64,000 nt of DNA from Octopus vulgaris (lineage: Eukaryota): positions 7,874,001 through 7,938,000 of the forward strand of contig OX597830.1 in assembly GCA_951406725.2 (NCBI GenBank), in the 5' to 3' direction. Below, in pieces: positions 12,552-27,009 of the stretch. Below the pieces are notes generated by a model. The model did not search any database and was not told where the DNA came from. It worked only from the letters and a program-made list of their open reading frames with translations. How positions within the stretch are numbered: position 1 is the stretch's first letter; each line of letters opens with the position of its first letter. The position numbers were made by a program, and so were the translations under genes.

Positions 12552-12866
12552 TAGTACTATTAAATATCAATGGTTGCATTATGACGCGGTCACACCTACC
12601 TCCAATCAACTCTAGTTTGGTAAAACTAATATGAAGAAAAACCCGTGCTATTGTTTTGGCCACAAAGTCTGGATATTTCCTGGACGTGAATATACTATTC
12701 GCCTCCACTTGAATGGAGGGGTAATAACAGACGGTAACGAAATCTTTATGACTCGTGCCATCGGTTGATAATGAGAACGTTATGCAGAAGAAATTGTATG
12801 AATATATATAACATCTGTGTTGTTTACAATCAACCTTTGATTTCCTCATATGATATATATAATAAA

Positions 12867-13019
12867 CCGTATTTCATGATACAAAAGACGCACTTTTTTT
12901 TTTTTCAAAAATAAAATTCTGAAAACCATCGTGCCGGATCGTATACGCGAAGTAGGGCCCTTTTGCCCTGAATATGCGCTACCGAAACGCTTCTACATGT
13001 TTTATGCCATCAAATACGG
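12867..13019. mobile_element. Small pogo/Tigger-type MITE
   Basis: Termini CCGTATTT and AAATACGG with further imperfect inverted similarity. TA follows the right end. Confidence 0.55.
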
Positions 13020-13080
13020 TAATATATTATATGTCGTTTAAAGCAAGCCTTTGTTAATCTCATATAATGTACAAAATGTG

Positions 13081-13340
13081 AAGGTGGCAAAATGTGTCGG
13101 TGGCGAAATGCACGCCGGGCAAAATGGTTTCCGGTGTTTGGACTGGAGTTCAAATTCCGCTGAGGTCGACTATGCTTTTCATTCTTTCGGAGTCGATAAA
13201 ATAAGCACCAGTTCAACACCGGGGGCAATGTAATCAACTAGTCTGCCTCTCCCCAAATTTCAGGCCTTGTGCCTTTAGTAGAAAGCATATATTATGCACA
13301 CACGCACACACACACACACACACACAACACTCATGTATAC

Positions 13341-13373
<33 letters not shown>

Positions 13374-13910
13374 TCACGAAGCATATCTTTTAGATATTTA
13401 AGAATACACAAAACTTGTTGCATTCACTTTTCGTATTTCTTTATTGTTCTCTCTATTATAAAGAGCCAAAATTTTCACTGCTTCGATTTCGCTTCAACAA
13501 AAGAACCCCATATCACGTAATATATACAATGGTATATATATATATATATATCGGAATCGTTATTACGCCACACAAAGTGATTAACGGCATTTTATGCGTT
13601 TTTATGTTCGAAGTTCAAATTCTGCCGAGGTCGACTTTCTTTTTCATCCTTTCGGGGTCGATAAAATAAGTACCAGCTGAATACTGTAATCGACTGCACC
13701 CCTCCTCTAAAATTACTGGCCTTGTGTCAAAATTTGAAACCAATATATGAATAAGGGTTAAGGCAGCGAGCTGGCAGAATCGTTAGCACGTCGGGCAAAA
13801 TGCTTAGCTGTATTCCGTCCATTTTTACGTTCATAGTTCAAATTCCGCCGAGGTTGACTTTGCCTTTCAACCTTTCGGAGTCGATAAAATAAAATACCAC
13901 TTGGGCACTG
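13081..13910 (+). mobile_element. Three SINE family B copies (about 13081-13286, 13563-13745, 13759-13910)
   Basis: Each contains GTTCAAATTCYGCYGAGGTYGACT..CTTTCGGRGTCGATAAAATAAG. Confidence 0.8.
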
Positions 13911-13929
13911 AGATGAATGAAACGAATGT

Positions 13930-15610
13930 TTAATACAAAGTTGATGCAACTTTGCCATTGATCAGAGCTTTGCTATATCAGGGAATTGAGTCATACAACA
14001 TTCGAACGATTGTTAAAGCAACTTCGAAGCATTCGTCGACTAAAATCTGCTTTAGTTTTGTTTTCAACGATAATGGCGAAGGAAGTGGCTCCTGGCTTGC
14101 TGCTCCAAAGTGCATCATAAATCTTTGATTATACTGAGATCCGGTGATATTGGGGGAAGTGGAGTATTCAGGTGGCCTACTTGTGCTCTTCGTACTGAAT
14201 TGACGCTTTATCGTCCTGGAAGATTGCACTTCCATCGTGGAACACTGTTTCTACCATAGTACGGATATGATAAGCCACAATCTTATAAGAATTCTGCTTG
14301 TCATTCCGTTACTTAGCCCGTCGGTAACGCTTTCACGGGATTAAAGAAAAAGAGGGAGAAAAAAGGAGGATCCGGTGAAAAGTGGGGCAGAAAGAGAGAG
14401 CGAGAGAGAGAGAGAAAAGACGGAGAGAGAAGCGTCCATGACATGTGGCGGGGGGAACATAATATCTATTACGTGGTAAAAAAGTTAGTTGAATGTAGTG
14501 ATATGGAGGGGAATTATGAATATAATTTTAGCAGAGGGGTGATGTTGTGATGGTGAGATGAAAGAAAGGCAGAGAGAGAATGAGAGAAAGAGATGATGAT
14601 GGTGGTGGTGTTGGTGATGGTAAGTGCATAATGAAAAGTAAGTTTTTCCTTAATTGAACTAAGTTTTTTATATAACCTAACACTTAACGCATGCGCATCC
14701 CAAACTTGCCATTCACTTTAGAAAGAAACTAGTTTCCTGTACTCTTCCTCTCACTATGCAATGACTACCAATAAATCACAAGGGCAGACATTTGATTAAA
14801 GTAGGATTGTTCTTGCCTGAACCTGTATTCGGCCAAGGTCAGTTATATGTTGCATTCTCAAGGGGTCACAAATTATCTGATATGGGAGCTAAACTTATCA
14901 ACACTGACAAATAAGGGAAAAGAAGAGGGAGACCTTACACGAGGACCATAGTCTACAAAGAAGTACTGGATTGAAAGATGTACGCAAATTGAAATGTGTA
15001 TTAGCTCTGAACCATTGCCTTGGTTTAGAAGTTACCAACGATGTGGTTTTAAGAGTACGCCATGTTGCTTTAAATTTTTACCCCCCTTACCCCGTGAAAC
15101 TGACCCCTATATTTTACATATATAATCATCGTATTCCAATTTCCAATGATTAGCAGATAAGACACAACACATACAGACACAACACAGGCTGAACTTCCAG
15201 GTTTTTTGGATAAAGTTTCAGGAATAACCTAATAGGTTAAGCATTAATTCCGTGAAATATTCACGGGTCCTGCTACTACTCAAATAATTATTGGCGTTAA
15301 CTCTATCATGTACAACAATTAAAAGGCCAAAACAATTCCATGATATGGCTGCTTAAACTATGAATTATAGTAGGGGTCAAGCAGTCAGAGTTAAAGGCTT
15401 CTTTAGGGTGTCACCAGATAAAACTCGCCCCGGGGTAAGAAAAAAGGGTGAATGATGATTCATCAGAGACGATGACATTGTTCCATTGAGCTCTTTCGAT
15501 AATCAAGATACCATTTTTGCCGCTCATCAGTATTGATGAGAGATGAAAAAGGTTTAGTAATTGCAGCTTTTGCACAGTATCAGGCTTTATGGAGCTCCCA
15601 AGGAACTCTT
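13930..15610 (-). pseudogene. Tc1-type transposase pseudogene interrupted by a Helitron
   Basis: 15610-15277 gives ELHKA..AAITKP..QWNNVIVSDESSFTLF..PKEAFNSDCLTPT..AAISWNCFGLLIVVHDRVNANNYLS. 14280-13930 gives IVAYHIRTMVETVFHDGSAIFQDDKA..SPDLSII..LYDSIP. The SDES, FQDD and SPDL catalytic blocks are all recognisable. Confidence 0.85.
14281..15276 (+). mobile_element. Internally deleted Helitron carrying a Pif1-helicase C-terminal remnant
   Basis: 5' A|TC start. 14700-14975 translates with frameshifts as LPFTLER..FPV..YAMTTNKSQGQTFD.KVGLFLPEPVFGQGQLYVAFSRG..YTRTIVYKEVLD*. The 3' hairpin CCGTGAA-ATA-TTCACGG is followed by CTAC|T (CTAG variant). No TSD. Confidence 0.9.
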
Positions 15611-16115
15611 TTAGCTTGTGTGCGTGTGTTTATGTGTGTATGTCTAAGTCTCTGTTTTTATTGCCACTGCTTGAAAAGAACTGTGTCTTCGTTTATCAAC
15701 CATCACTTACCACTACAACAAACAGAGAATGCTACAATAAGTTTGAGACTTAAAAATAAATACCCAGATTGATAAGGTCTGCTGAAAACCCTTCACAGCT
15801 GCACCTCAGAATCACCGAGTGTTGCTGTTTCATAAAAGACGTAATGGGGAAAGGTCTGATTCCGTTGGGATCCGAAACTGCATTACGAGCTGTTGCTCTA
15901 CGTTGTCTCATAGATATAATCCAGCTGAGTGAAAAGTAATTAAGAAAATATTTTGAAAATCAAATTGTTAATTACTTGGAATTTATAGAATTACTAAATT
16001 AGTGCGGGGGTGGGTGGGATTTACATAAATCAAAACTACGTATATTTTGCGAATATATGTGAATATAATACGGGTGTGTGAGCATGAATATAATATATAT
16101 ATATGCATTTATATG

Positions 16116-16181
<66 letters not shown>

Positions 16182-16236
16182 ATGTTTATATACATATATA
16201 TATATGTATGAATATACACATACAGACTATATATAA

Positions 16237-16299
<63 letters not shown>

Positions 16300-17071
16300 A
16301 AATTAAAAAAGGAAAATACGCACAATTACATAGTTTTAATATAATTTTTAATATATCGACCGGTTTTGCTATCGCTATTCATGATATTATGTTTTACTTA
16401 TTTGAATATCTATTTTTTCTAAAGAAGAAATTTTGTCCATGTTGTGTGTGATGAAATTCACGAGTGTATAGTTTCACAAGTAGATAAATATATATATATG
16501 TATAAATGTATATGTATGTACAAGCATTTATATGTGTGGGTGGGCGGAGAGTAACTGATTAAAACGTTTGTGTGTATGTGTGTTGTATATATACATATGC
16601 GTGTGTGTGTTTGTGCGTCTGTGCGTATAAATAAATGTATGCACGCATGTATGCGAGTATATATATATATAGAAATACGCATATATATATGTATATATAT
16701 ATATATATGGAAATATGTGTACATTTAAAGGTTTTCTCATATGTGTTGGTGTATGTACAACAATTATGGTTTGCGATATACATACCGCCCATTAATTTTC
16801 TACAACAAATATACTCGTGTCTCAATGAGAAAGTCTTGTTCTTTTTACAAAAAGAATGCCTGCACATACATACACACATGTATGCATGGATACATACATA
16901 TGAAAATACATATATACATATATTTATATATACATATATATATTCATATATGCATGTATAATAAACACACACATATATACATATATAAGTATGCTATATG
17001 TATGCATGTTATATGTATGTGTAATTATGTATATATTAATGAATATATATATAAATATATAATATATATTC

Positions 17072-17132
<61 letters not shown>

Positions 17133-17943
17133 CCTTGACGGCTTCAGTACGATGCCAAATCCCGTGTCTAGCTAATTGGTACGTATTCAACACATTTTGC
17201 CGATAAATATATGATATTTACTGCTGGCTCCGATTATTCATGTGATATTGTTCCTGCTTATTGCTTCCGACAAAATTCATTGGAGACATTCTGACCTACC
17301 GAAGTTTCGTATCTATTGATACCTATTGTCCTTTATTCATCAACTAATATAGGATGCAGAATTGCTCAAATACTTCTCTATATTCACCGTTAACATATAT
17401 ATTATATAAATGCCACCACTCATTGTGTCGATGTTTGCATATGTATGTACGTATGTATGTACGTACGTACGTCTTTCTGTACGTACGTTTTCATTATCCG
17501 TGTACTTGTACGTTAGTGTGTAGCATCTGTAGGTTTCTCTATATGGATGTGGTTTCTCTATATTTATTATAGACCATAATGAAACATATATCGAAAGCGA
17601 CGCATCGAAGGTAATAGAAAGAAACAAAGAAAATGGCGATGGGGACGTTTAAGGTAAAGAGAGGGATGGGTGGAACTGACGTTTAGAATGCAATTCCCAC
17701 AGGGCTACGATATCTATTGTACACAAAGTAATAATATACGCTACCTTATATTTTGTAACACTTTATTTATTCCTTAATTCTTTACTGAACACATTCTACT
17801 CTTGTTTATTTGTTTGTTTATTTTCCCATTGTTTGTTTCTTCTATTTTTGTTTATTTTGTCTAAGAGTTTCTTACCTTTTCTTAACACATAATGGATATA
17901 ATCTCATTTGAAACTTATTTATATACAAACTATATATGTATAT

Positions 17944-18029
<86 letters not shown>

Positions 18030-18166
18030 GCATGTATGTGTGTGTATGTATGTGTGTATGTGTGCGTATATATATATATATATATGTATATATATAGTAT
18101 GTATGTATACATATATATGTATGTATATATATATAATATGTATGTATGTATATATATAATATATAT

Positions 18167-18258
<92 letters not shown>

Positions 18259-18382
18259 CACGTAAGGCTACAGATGATTTCCTTTCGCAAATACTTATTA
18301 CACATAGCTGGAGATGTCCACCTGGGGTTATAAACAACAGTAGCATTGTCCCCTATGGGACCGCCACATTTAGTTGCTTCAC

Positions 18383-18443
<61 letters not shown>

Positions 18444-18504
18444 GTATGTTGATGCAAACAGTATAACAGGACTCAAAATATGAGTATATAAATGTTTTTA
18501 TTAA

Positions 18505-18735
18505 TATTTAGCAAAAGTAACTTTACCGCAGTTGTCAAGGAGATTCGGTGTGACACAGAGAACGACAGGGCTGGCCCCTTTGAAATACAGATTGTATTTA
18601 TTTTTGGCGGCTGAGTGGAATGCAACAAACTTAAATAAAGTGTCTTGCTCAACAACACATCACTCCGCCATGAATCGAACTCACAACCATACGATCGTGA
18701 GCTGAATATCCTAGAGACTAAGCCACGCGCCTTCA
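18505..18735 (-). mobile_element. tRNA-derived SINE family C
   Basis: Minus strand starts GTGAAGGCGCGTGGCTTAGT..GAGTTCGATTC and is related to 28935-29178. Confidence 0.75.
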
Positions 18736-19764
18736 CACACACACACACACACGCACACACACACACACACAGACACACACACACACACACATACACACAC
18801 AGACACGCACACACACACACACACACATACACACACACACATATATATATATACGAGAGAGAGAGAGGGGGGAGACAGATAGACAGACAAACAGACAGAC
18901 AGACAGACAGGCAGACAGACAGACAGAAAGATAGATGGATAGATAGATGTGTGCCTTTGTGTGTGTGCGTGTAGTTATGTTTCTCTTTCTCGATCCCCTT
19001 ATTTCTCTCTATCAACTGCTAAGTCATTTCCGATTACAATGATTTGAATACTGCGTTAATATTATTTTATAATACCGGAAAACAACTATCACATTTCCTC
19101 TCTAGCCATTAATTAATTCAATTATGTCATATAGCTAAATCAATTGTAATTAACCGTGTGAGAGACTATCGTACTATCCCCTATCACTGAATACTACAGA
19201 TATGTGTTTCCCTTTTTTGCTACAACGCTTCCTATAAGGAAGAAATAACTAAATCGGATAACAGCCATATGGCTTTTATTGTATTGAAATAATTAGATAC
19301 AATCTGAAATTGTAAGGTGGCATTATGGGAATGTTGCTGTACTAAAGTTATGACCGTTGTCAATGGTCTGTGCTTGGTCACTTGCACTTTAATTTCACGA
19401 TCAAGCTGTTCCGTTGATCAGATCATCTGGAGCCCTCGTCGCCGTGACCGATATAAATTACTTAATGAGGATAAGATTTTATTTAGATGATTATTAAATA
19501 AATAAATTAATTAATAATTTAATTTAATATATATAGATTAAATTATAGCATTTAGTTTTCACTTAATGTAAATTTTGTATTTTATTTATATAAATATATA
19601 TATATATATATTTGTTTTTAAATATTTTAATTAATTGTATCTTATTTTTTCTTCTATTTTTTATTTAAACAAGAATATATTTGTTAAGATATTTCATATT
19701 TTACAAGATTATTTACGTATATTTATTAATTTATCTAATTAATTATTTTATTGTTTTATTTCTT

Positions 19765-19854
19765 TAACCTGAAGAGTGGCTATATTTATAATGAAGTGAT
19801 TTTACTATTAATATTACTATTATCATTTCTTAAATATAGCCAGGAAACACGTTA
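19765..19854 (+). ncRNA. Hammerhead-ribozyme motif with long stem II and partly deleted stem III
   Basis: TAAC-CTGAAGA-G-TGGCTATATTTA...TAAATATAGCCA-G-GAAAC-a-c-GTTA. Stem II has a perfect 12-bp base and stem I is TAAC/GTTA. Confidence 0.6.
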
Positions 19855-20259
19855 TTCTACCAAATATGTACGTTTTATTTACTGTTTTGCAAATTAATTA
19901 ATCATTGTAATATGTTTTATCTTATATTTACTCTTTCTATAATATGTAATTTTTCTAAATGATATAATTTAATTTTTCATAATCGAATTGATAAAAGGTG
20001 GGCTTTTATCAATTATATATATACACTCACATAATTGCCCATCCTCCCTACGTGTATACAACGTGGTACGTAGTGCTGATGGTTTATGGTCATGACTAAT
20101 GATCCTGGGGTAAAACTGTTGGATGTGATGTTTAATTTTTCGGTTTGGAAAAGGAATGAATTTCACCACACAGGAAAATATATGCTTTGCATTTAGTGTA
20201 AAATGGTATTTCGAAAAGGGATAGAAATTATGGGGAGAGAAGCACAGACACACAACATG

Positions 20260-20412
<153 letters not shown>

Positions 20413-20604
20413 ATATATATATATATGTATGTATGCATATATGTATGTATATATATATGCACATCATGCATAGACGAATACATGCACAGACATGCGTGTA
20501 TGTATTTATATATATATGTGTGTGAGTGTGTGCATGTGTATCTATATATATATAATTACATATATTTATGCATGTATGTATATGTGTATATATATATACA
20601 TATA

Positions 20605-20652
<48 letters not shown>

Positions 20653-21059
20653 CACTTATACATATATATGCATATATATATAAATACATATATGCATGTG
20701 TGTGTATATATATATATATAGATATATATTTGCACGTATGCACATGAACATCAATGTATGTGTGCATGTGCTCGCGCGCGTTCGTGTGTATGTGTATTTA
20801 ATTAAATGATGGTGAAACTCATCTGAACATACATTTGGCACATCACCACGAAAACAACAAACAGGCGTATAAATAATATATAAAGAAACAAAAAAAAAAA
20901 GAAAGGAAAGGAGACGACTTGACAGTTTGACATAAATTGACAGAGAGACGTACAGACAGACAAGTCGGAATACACTCACTGAAGCGCACATAGATATACA
21001 CGGCGTCAGATGCACACACAGAGAGGGAGACATACTGTGACTGAGTGACTGAGTGACTG

Positions 21060-21216
21060 ACAGCTAGAAAGATAGATAGATGGATAGATAGATGGATAGA
21101 GAGAGAAAGAGACAGACAAACAGACAGACAGATATATAGAGAGAGAGACAGACAGACAGACAGACAGGTAGATAGATAGACAGACAGACAGGTAGATAGA
21201 CAGACAGACAGGTAGG

Positions 21217-21263
<47 letters not shown>

Positions 21264-21362
21264 GTAGATAGACAGACAGACAGACAGCCAAACTGACAGA
21301 CAGACAGATAGATAGATAGACTGACAGACAGGCAGGCAGACAGACAGACAGATAGATAGAAA

Positions 21363-21421
<59 letters not shown>

Positions 21422-21451
21422 TGTAGGTAGGTAGGTAGGTAGGTAGATAGG

Positions 21452-21515
<64 letters not shown>

Positions 21516-21575
21516 AGGATACACAGATAGATTGATAGACAGAGAGACAGACAGACAGAAAAATAGATAGACAGA
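21060..21575. repeat. (TAGA)n/(CAGA)n/(TAGG)n tetranucleotide field
   Basis: Direct inspection. Confidence 0.95.
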
Positions 21576-22084
21576 TATTATAATCGAGGAGTGAATGTAA
21601 GAGAGATAGCAACAGAGGGGGAGGGAGAGGAGGAGGCTGGGCGGATGGGCAGATAATAAAACGTTTACCGAGACATAGTAAAACGGATGTGAAGTCTTCA
21701 AATGTCGGAAGGAGGACTTTTGTTGCCCTGATGCTGGTTGTAACACATTAGAATTTGACGATGCCATAACCAGGCAGCACACCACCGCTACCACCGCCAC
21801 CGCTACCACTGTCACTGCAACAACCACCATTTATAGTTATAAATATTTAGCAGCAACACCGCCACCGGCGTTGTCAACCCCGCCGCCATCATCACAAACG
21901 CTGCCCTACATAAGCAATATCCCCAATAACACAGAGAATATTACCCCTTCTTTATACGGCTCCCTTATCACTCTCTCTCTCTCTCTCTCTTGCGCGCTCT
22001 CTCTCTCTATCTATCTATATATCCATCTCTACCAGCGGCACACCGTTATCCGACAAATAAGTCCTTCAATGTTATGACTACCTA

Positions 22085-22360
22085 AACCTTATACAACAGT
22101 ATAACAACACTGTCTACAACAACCACAGCAACACTGCCTGCATAACCGTAACAACACTCTCTACATCACCATAACAACGCTCTACATCACCATGACAACA
22201 CTCTACATCACCATAACTACGCTGTCTACGTTACCATAGTCATACTACTTACTTCACCATAACAACACTACCTACAGCACCATGGTGATGTCTACACTGT
22301 TGTCAACATCACTATGACAACACTGCCTATAACATTCTCGACATCACCATAGCAACGCAT
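22085..22360. repeat. About 21-bp degenerate minisatellite (ACAACACTGTCTACATCACCAT-like)
   Basis: About a dozen imperfect units are visible. Confidence 0.75.
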
Positions 22361-22559
22361 AAATTTACTTACAGTAATCACTGGTACCACACGTGATTAA
22401 TAAAAAATTATCCAACATCAATGGTGTACAAAAATGTTTAGACGAGATGAAAAGTGGGGACTGTATTTGGATAACATAAAATACGACAAGGGTACGCGAA
22501 CATACTTAGAGCGATCAGCTGGACCTCAACGGAATAAACAAATGATGCATCAATAATGT

Positions 22560-22790
22560 TATGGAAACAATACATCAGGTACATCTGCGTCAGGACTACG
22601 TGGGTCCTGTAATATTTCCATAACAATGCATAATAAACTATATTGGACACACTACAAATCATCAGAGATTGTACAAAAACTACACTTGGGCATCACTTAC
22701 TGGGGTGAAACGAAAAGGCAACTTAAAATGAAGAACCACTTGAACAAGCGAGAGACTATGTTACAGGATCGAAAATTAAAACTGATTTCT
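22560..22790 (+). pseudogene. Possible Penelope-like GIY-YIG endonuclease remnant
   Basis: Short translated blocks NYIGHTT and TYWGETKRQLK resemble YIG.T.R.L of PLE endonucleases. Heavily decayed. Confidence 0.3.
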
Positions 22791-23336
22791 AAATACTAAG
22801 ACACATATAGACAATATATTACAGCCTCCTAAAAACAAAAAAGACACTATTTTCCCACTTTGCTTCGATAAACGTAAAACATACACATACAAACAATAAG
22901 TGATGTAATGTCACTGACACCAAACACCCTACAGAGATAATGTGACTGAAAAGCAAGTACAGTGTTTCAACCGACAACACTTTGTCCTGGTCACTACAGA
23001 TATAGAGTGGACAATGGAGGGAGCACAATATATTCAGATTGTCACACTGCAACATAAATTATTCATCGTTGCGTTTTAGAGTGTGCAGTGCCTGCAAGAC
23101 TGCAAAAATAGGCTAGAGAAGGGGCATAGAATGCAATATGTCTGTAGTGTTGCATTGCAATCCATATAATGGTTTATCTCTGCATGTTGCAGTGCACGAT
23201 GACTGCAGCAATGGACTGGACAGCGTATAGAGTGTAACATATTCATTTCTGCATCTTATAAGAATTTAGAAACTTTGTGAGACATGAAGTAATTCGTTTT
23301 TAACTGGAGAACTCAGAGTTAATAAACTTACAAATA

Positions 23337-24523
23337 TTAGGTCGTCAAGAATGAAATTTGTAGAAAAGAAAAAAATGTTTGCTAAAGTTTTATAAATACA
23401 AGGAATAGTTTTATTCATCAAAGTATGCACCCATATTGTCAATACACTTTTGCCATTTGAACGGAAGCTTGTCCAGCCGGGAACTGTAAAAGCCTAGCAA
23501 TCTAGAGTCAATAAAATCTTGGAAGGCCCTTTTTACAGCATCGTCGGAATTAAAATTTTTCCCATCAAAAAGTGATCCAAATTCTGGAGAAAGTGGTAGC
23601 CAGTGGGAGCAAGATCAGGTGAGTATGATGGATGATTGAGAACTTCCAACTCCAACTCCAACTGCTGTAGTTTCGCCAATGTCACTTTTGTGATGTATGG
23701 TCTGGCATTGTCTTGCAATAAAATAGGAGTGGATCTGTTGACTAATCTAGGCTGTAGTTTTTTCCTATGTGTCTGCATCATTTGGTCCAGTTGGCTGCAG
23801 TATACTTTGGCCGTGATCGATGAGCCAGGTTTAATGAAATCATAATGAATCACACCAGCGCCAGACCACCAAACACACGAATTTTGCTTTTGGACTGTGC
23901 TTTGGTGGCTCGTCTTTGCTCAACCATTGTGCAGAACGTGTACGGTTGTTGTATTGGATCCATTTATTATTACATGTTACAATTTGATTAAAAAATGATT
24001 CACTTTTGTGACGAGAAAGTAGCATAATGCAGGCTTCCAAACGTTGTTGTTTCTGATTTTCATTGAGTTCATGTGGAACCCACCTATCCAACTTTTTCAC
24101 TTTACCGATTTGAACTAGGTGAGTCAATATTGTTTTCATGCTGTTTCTGGTCGACCGCGTTGCTCATCTGTGAAGCGAAAGTTACCAGAACGAAATTTTG
24201 CAAATCAATTTGATAGTCTGCTGGGTAATAACATTAGAATGAAATACTCCATTAATATTCCGAGCTGTCTGTGATGCTGTATTTCCAAGAAAGAACTCGT
24301 GTTTCAAAACTGTACGAATTTCCTACTTATCCATCTCTAAACATAAATAGCAAAAAAGACTTATAAATATTTTATAAAGCTCAAAATGAGTTAGAATAAA
24401 GAAATAGATGTCTCAGCTTTCTAACAAAAATTAAAGATTGTCAAAATATAATAATGGCGCAAAATGAGCAGCCGTCAAAGTTTACCATGTACCTTACTAC
24501 ATATTTCATACTTGACGGCCTAA
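23337..24523 (-). mobile_element. Near full-length mariner element with both TIRs and a dead transposase
   Basis: 27-bp TIRs TTAGGTCGTCAAGAATGAAATTTGTAG and TTAGGCCGTCAAGTATGAAATATGTAG. The transposase at about 24334-23411 has WVPHEL, LQDNARP and HPSYSPDLAP..YHF motifs with stops, frameshifts and deletions. Confidence 0.95.
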
Positions 24524-25938
24524 CAATAATAAATACAAACATGTAACCAGTTCAAATATGTTTGAGGCGTTCAAATCTGTAAGAAGCCATTCACTGCATT
24601 TTGTGATGGAGAAAATTTCTCATTGATGATAAATAGGTGTATATACACTGAGTCAGCCCATATAACCCACTAACCAAACTGTTTTGGTTGCATGCATTTC
24701 GGAGAGTTTATCTCCTCTTCAGCGACAGAGATCGGAAAGGCAGACGCTACGAAGTGATGCAAGAGACACGTACCTCTTATTCTCGCCATCGTTCAATGAC
24801 TGGTGACGCTATTCAGCGGCTCGCCGTAATAAATAACATCGGATTAAAAGCCTTTTTGGATAGAAAATGTCGGGCAGCGTTCGATTTTTCCATCCAAATG
24901 TTTTTTCTTAAATCCAATATCTATATGCTATTATTTATAGCTTTATACACTTCGACCTACTAAAAGTACCAGCCAAGTCTCCCTCAATATACAACCAACT
25001 TTAACCACACATAAAGAAATTGGATAACGTAGTCCAATGTGAACTAAATCAAAGATGGTGGCAACGGTCGGAAGAATTTTTGATCAGAGGTCTGTTGTAT
25101 CAGGCTATCCAGGGGTTAAACTACAAATTCAACATCAACAACAACACCGATATCATCACTGACATCTCCCATCACTACACATCCGAATCATGTAAATATT
25201 TCCCAGACTGCAATGCTGTAAGCCATAATTCTTTATCTTTCAAAATGTCTGCTGTCACGTGTCAATGTGTCCAATAGGGACGCTTTCTTGACGGCTTCCG
25301 GAACGGCTATTTCTTTTTTTCTTTTTATATATCAGTGTTGATGATGGTGATGGTGATGATGTGTTTATGGTGATGGTGGTGGTGGTGGTGGTGGTGCTTG
25401 TAATGGTGGCATAGATGAGGGCGGTGGAAATATGGTGGCGATTGTGGTAATGGTGGTGGTGACGGTGGTGGTGGTGGCGGTGGTAGAGGTTGCGGTGTTG
25501 GTGGTGGGGTGGAGTCTGTTGTTTACATAACCAGTCTTTCTAACTCCTTGTCCATCTGTCTGTGTGTCTCTGTCTCTTTGTAGGCTGGACTCCTTGACAG
25601 CTTTTATCCGTTTTTCTCTCTCTTTCCTTTTCTAACTTCAGTTACATATTTCTTTCATTCCCTTCTTCCTTTCTACCTTCATTTCTTTCTTTCTTTCTTT
25701 CTTTCTTTCTTACTAAGTCCTTATATTCATCTCTCTCTCTCTCTCTCTCCTTGTTTTTCCGTTATATCTAGCTTTATCACTCATTACCTCACCCTCTATG
25801 TATCTGTTTGTCTCTCTATCTACCTGTATTTCTACCTATCTGCCTTTGCCATACAGCATCTCACGTTCTCCCTCCTTCTCTCTGTTTCCTCTCTCTCTCA
25901 CTGTATTTTGTACAACACACACACACACATACACATAA

Positions 25939-25984
<46 letters not shown>

Positions 25985-26261
25985 TCAATATCGGTTTTAC
26001 TTTGCGTGTGCTTTGTGTGTGCATATATACATATACATATATATATATATATATGTGTATGTATGTATGTATGTATGTATGTATGTATGTATGTATGTAT
26101 GTATGTATGTATGTTTGTATGTATATATGTATGCATGCACACACAAACAAACACAAAGTAAAGCGCAATATTGAATTTTAACCCTTTAATATACTCGGAA
26201 GTCTATTAAGTTTGAAAGACGAAATACTGTGTCCTCTGTAACAATTAATAGACACAAACTT

Positions 26262-26444
<183 letters not shown>

Positions 26445-26811
26445 GGTCTCTTTATATATTTAACTTTTCACGAAGTCGCTTGTCTAATACTCACACAAAG
26501 GAACACACACACACACACACATTCTATCTCTCCCTCTCTCTCTCTTTCTCTCTAATTTCCTTCATCTGTCAAACTATGTCTCCCCATATCCCTCAGTCTA
26601 TTTCTTGTCTCTTTCCTTCCTATGTCTATCCTTCTCTTGGTCTCTCTATCTGTGGGATTGCCAAGTGGATGTTCAATGGCTCGTCTCCTATCACTGGCAG
26701 CAGAAACACGCTACGTGTGTTTCTCTCTATGGCACAAGGTGGATCACGAACGTCCTCAGCTATTTCCGCCCTTATCTCTACAGCAACTGCAATATATATA
26801 TACATATATAT

Positions 26812-26968
26812 AGGAGTAGCTGTGTGGTAAGTAGCTTGTTTACCAACCACATGGTTCTGGGTTCAGTCCCACTGCGTGGCACCTTGGGCAAGTGTCTTCT
26901 ACTATAGCCTCGGGCCGACCAAAGCCTTGTGACTGGATTTGGTAGACGGAAATTGAAACAAGCCCGTC

Positions 26969-27009
<41 letters not shown>

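Noticed and set aside
23636-23845. Plus-strand ORFs over the mariner (likewise 1799-2137, 2236-2529 and 57847-58200)
   Set aside because: Antisense shadows of transposon ORFs on the opposite strand.
24688-24963. 91-aa non-repetitive ORF beginning MHAFRRVYLL
   Set aside because: Non-ATG start and no recognisable motif. It may be transposon debris but I cannot assign it.
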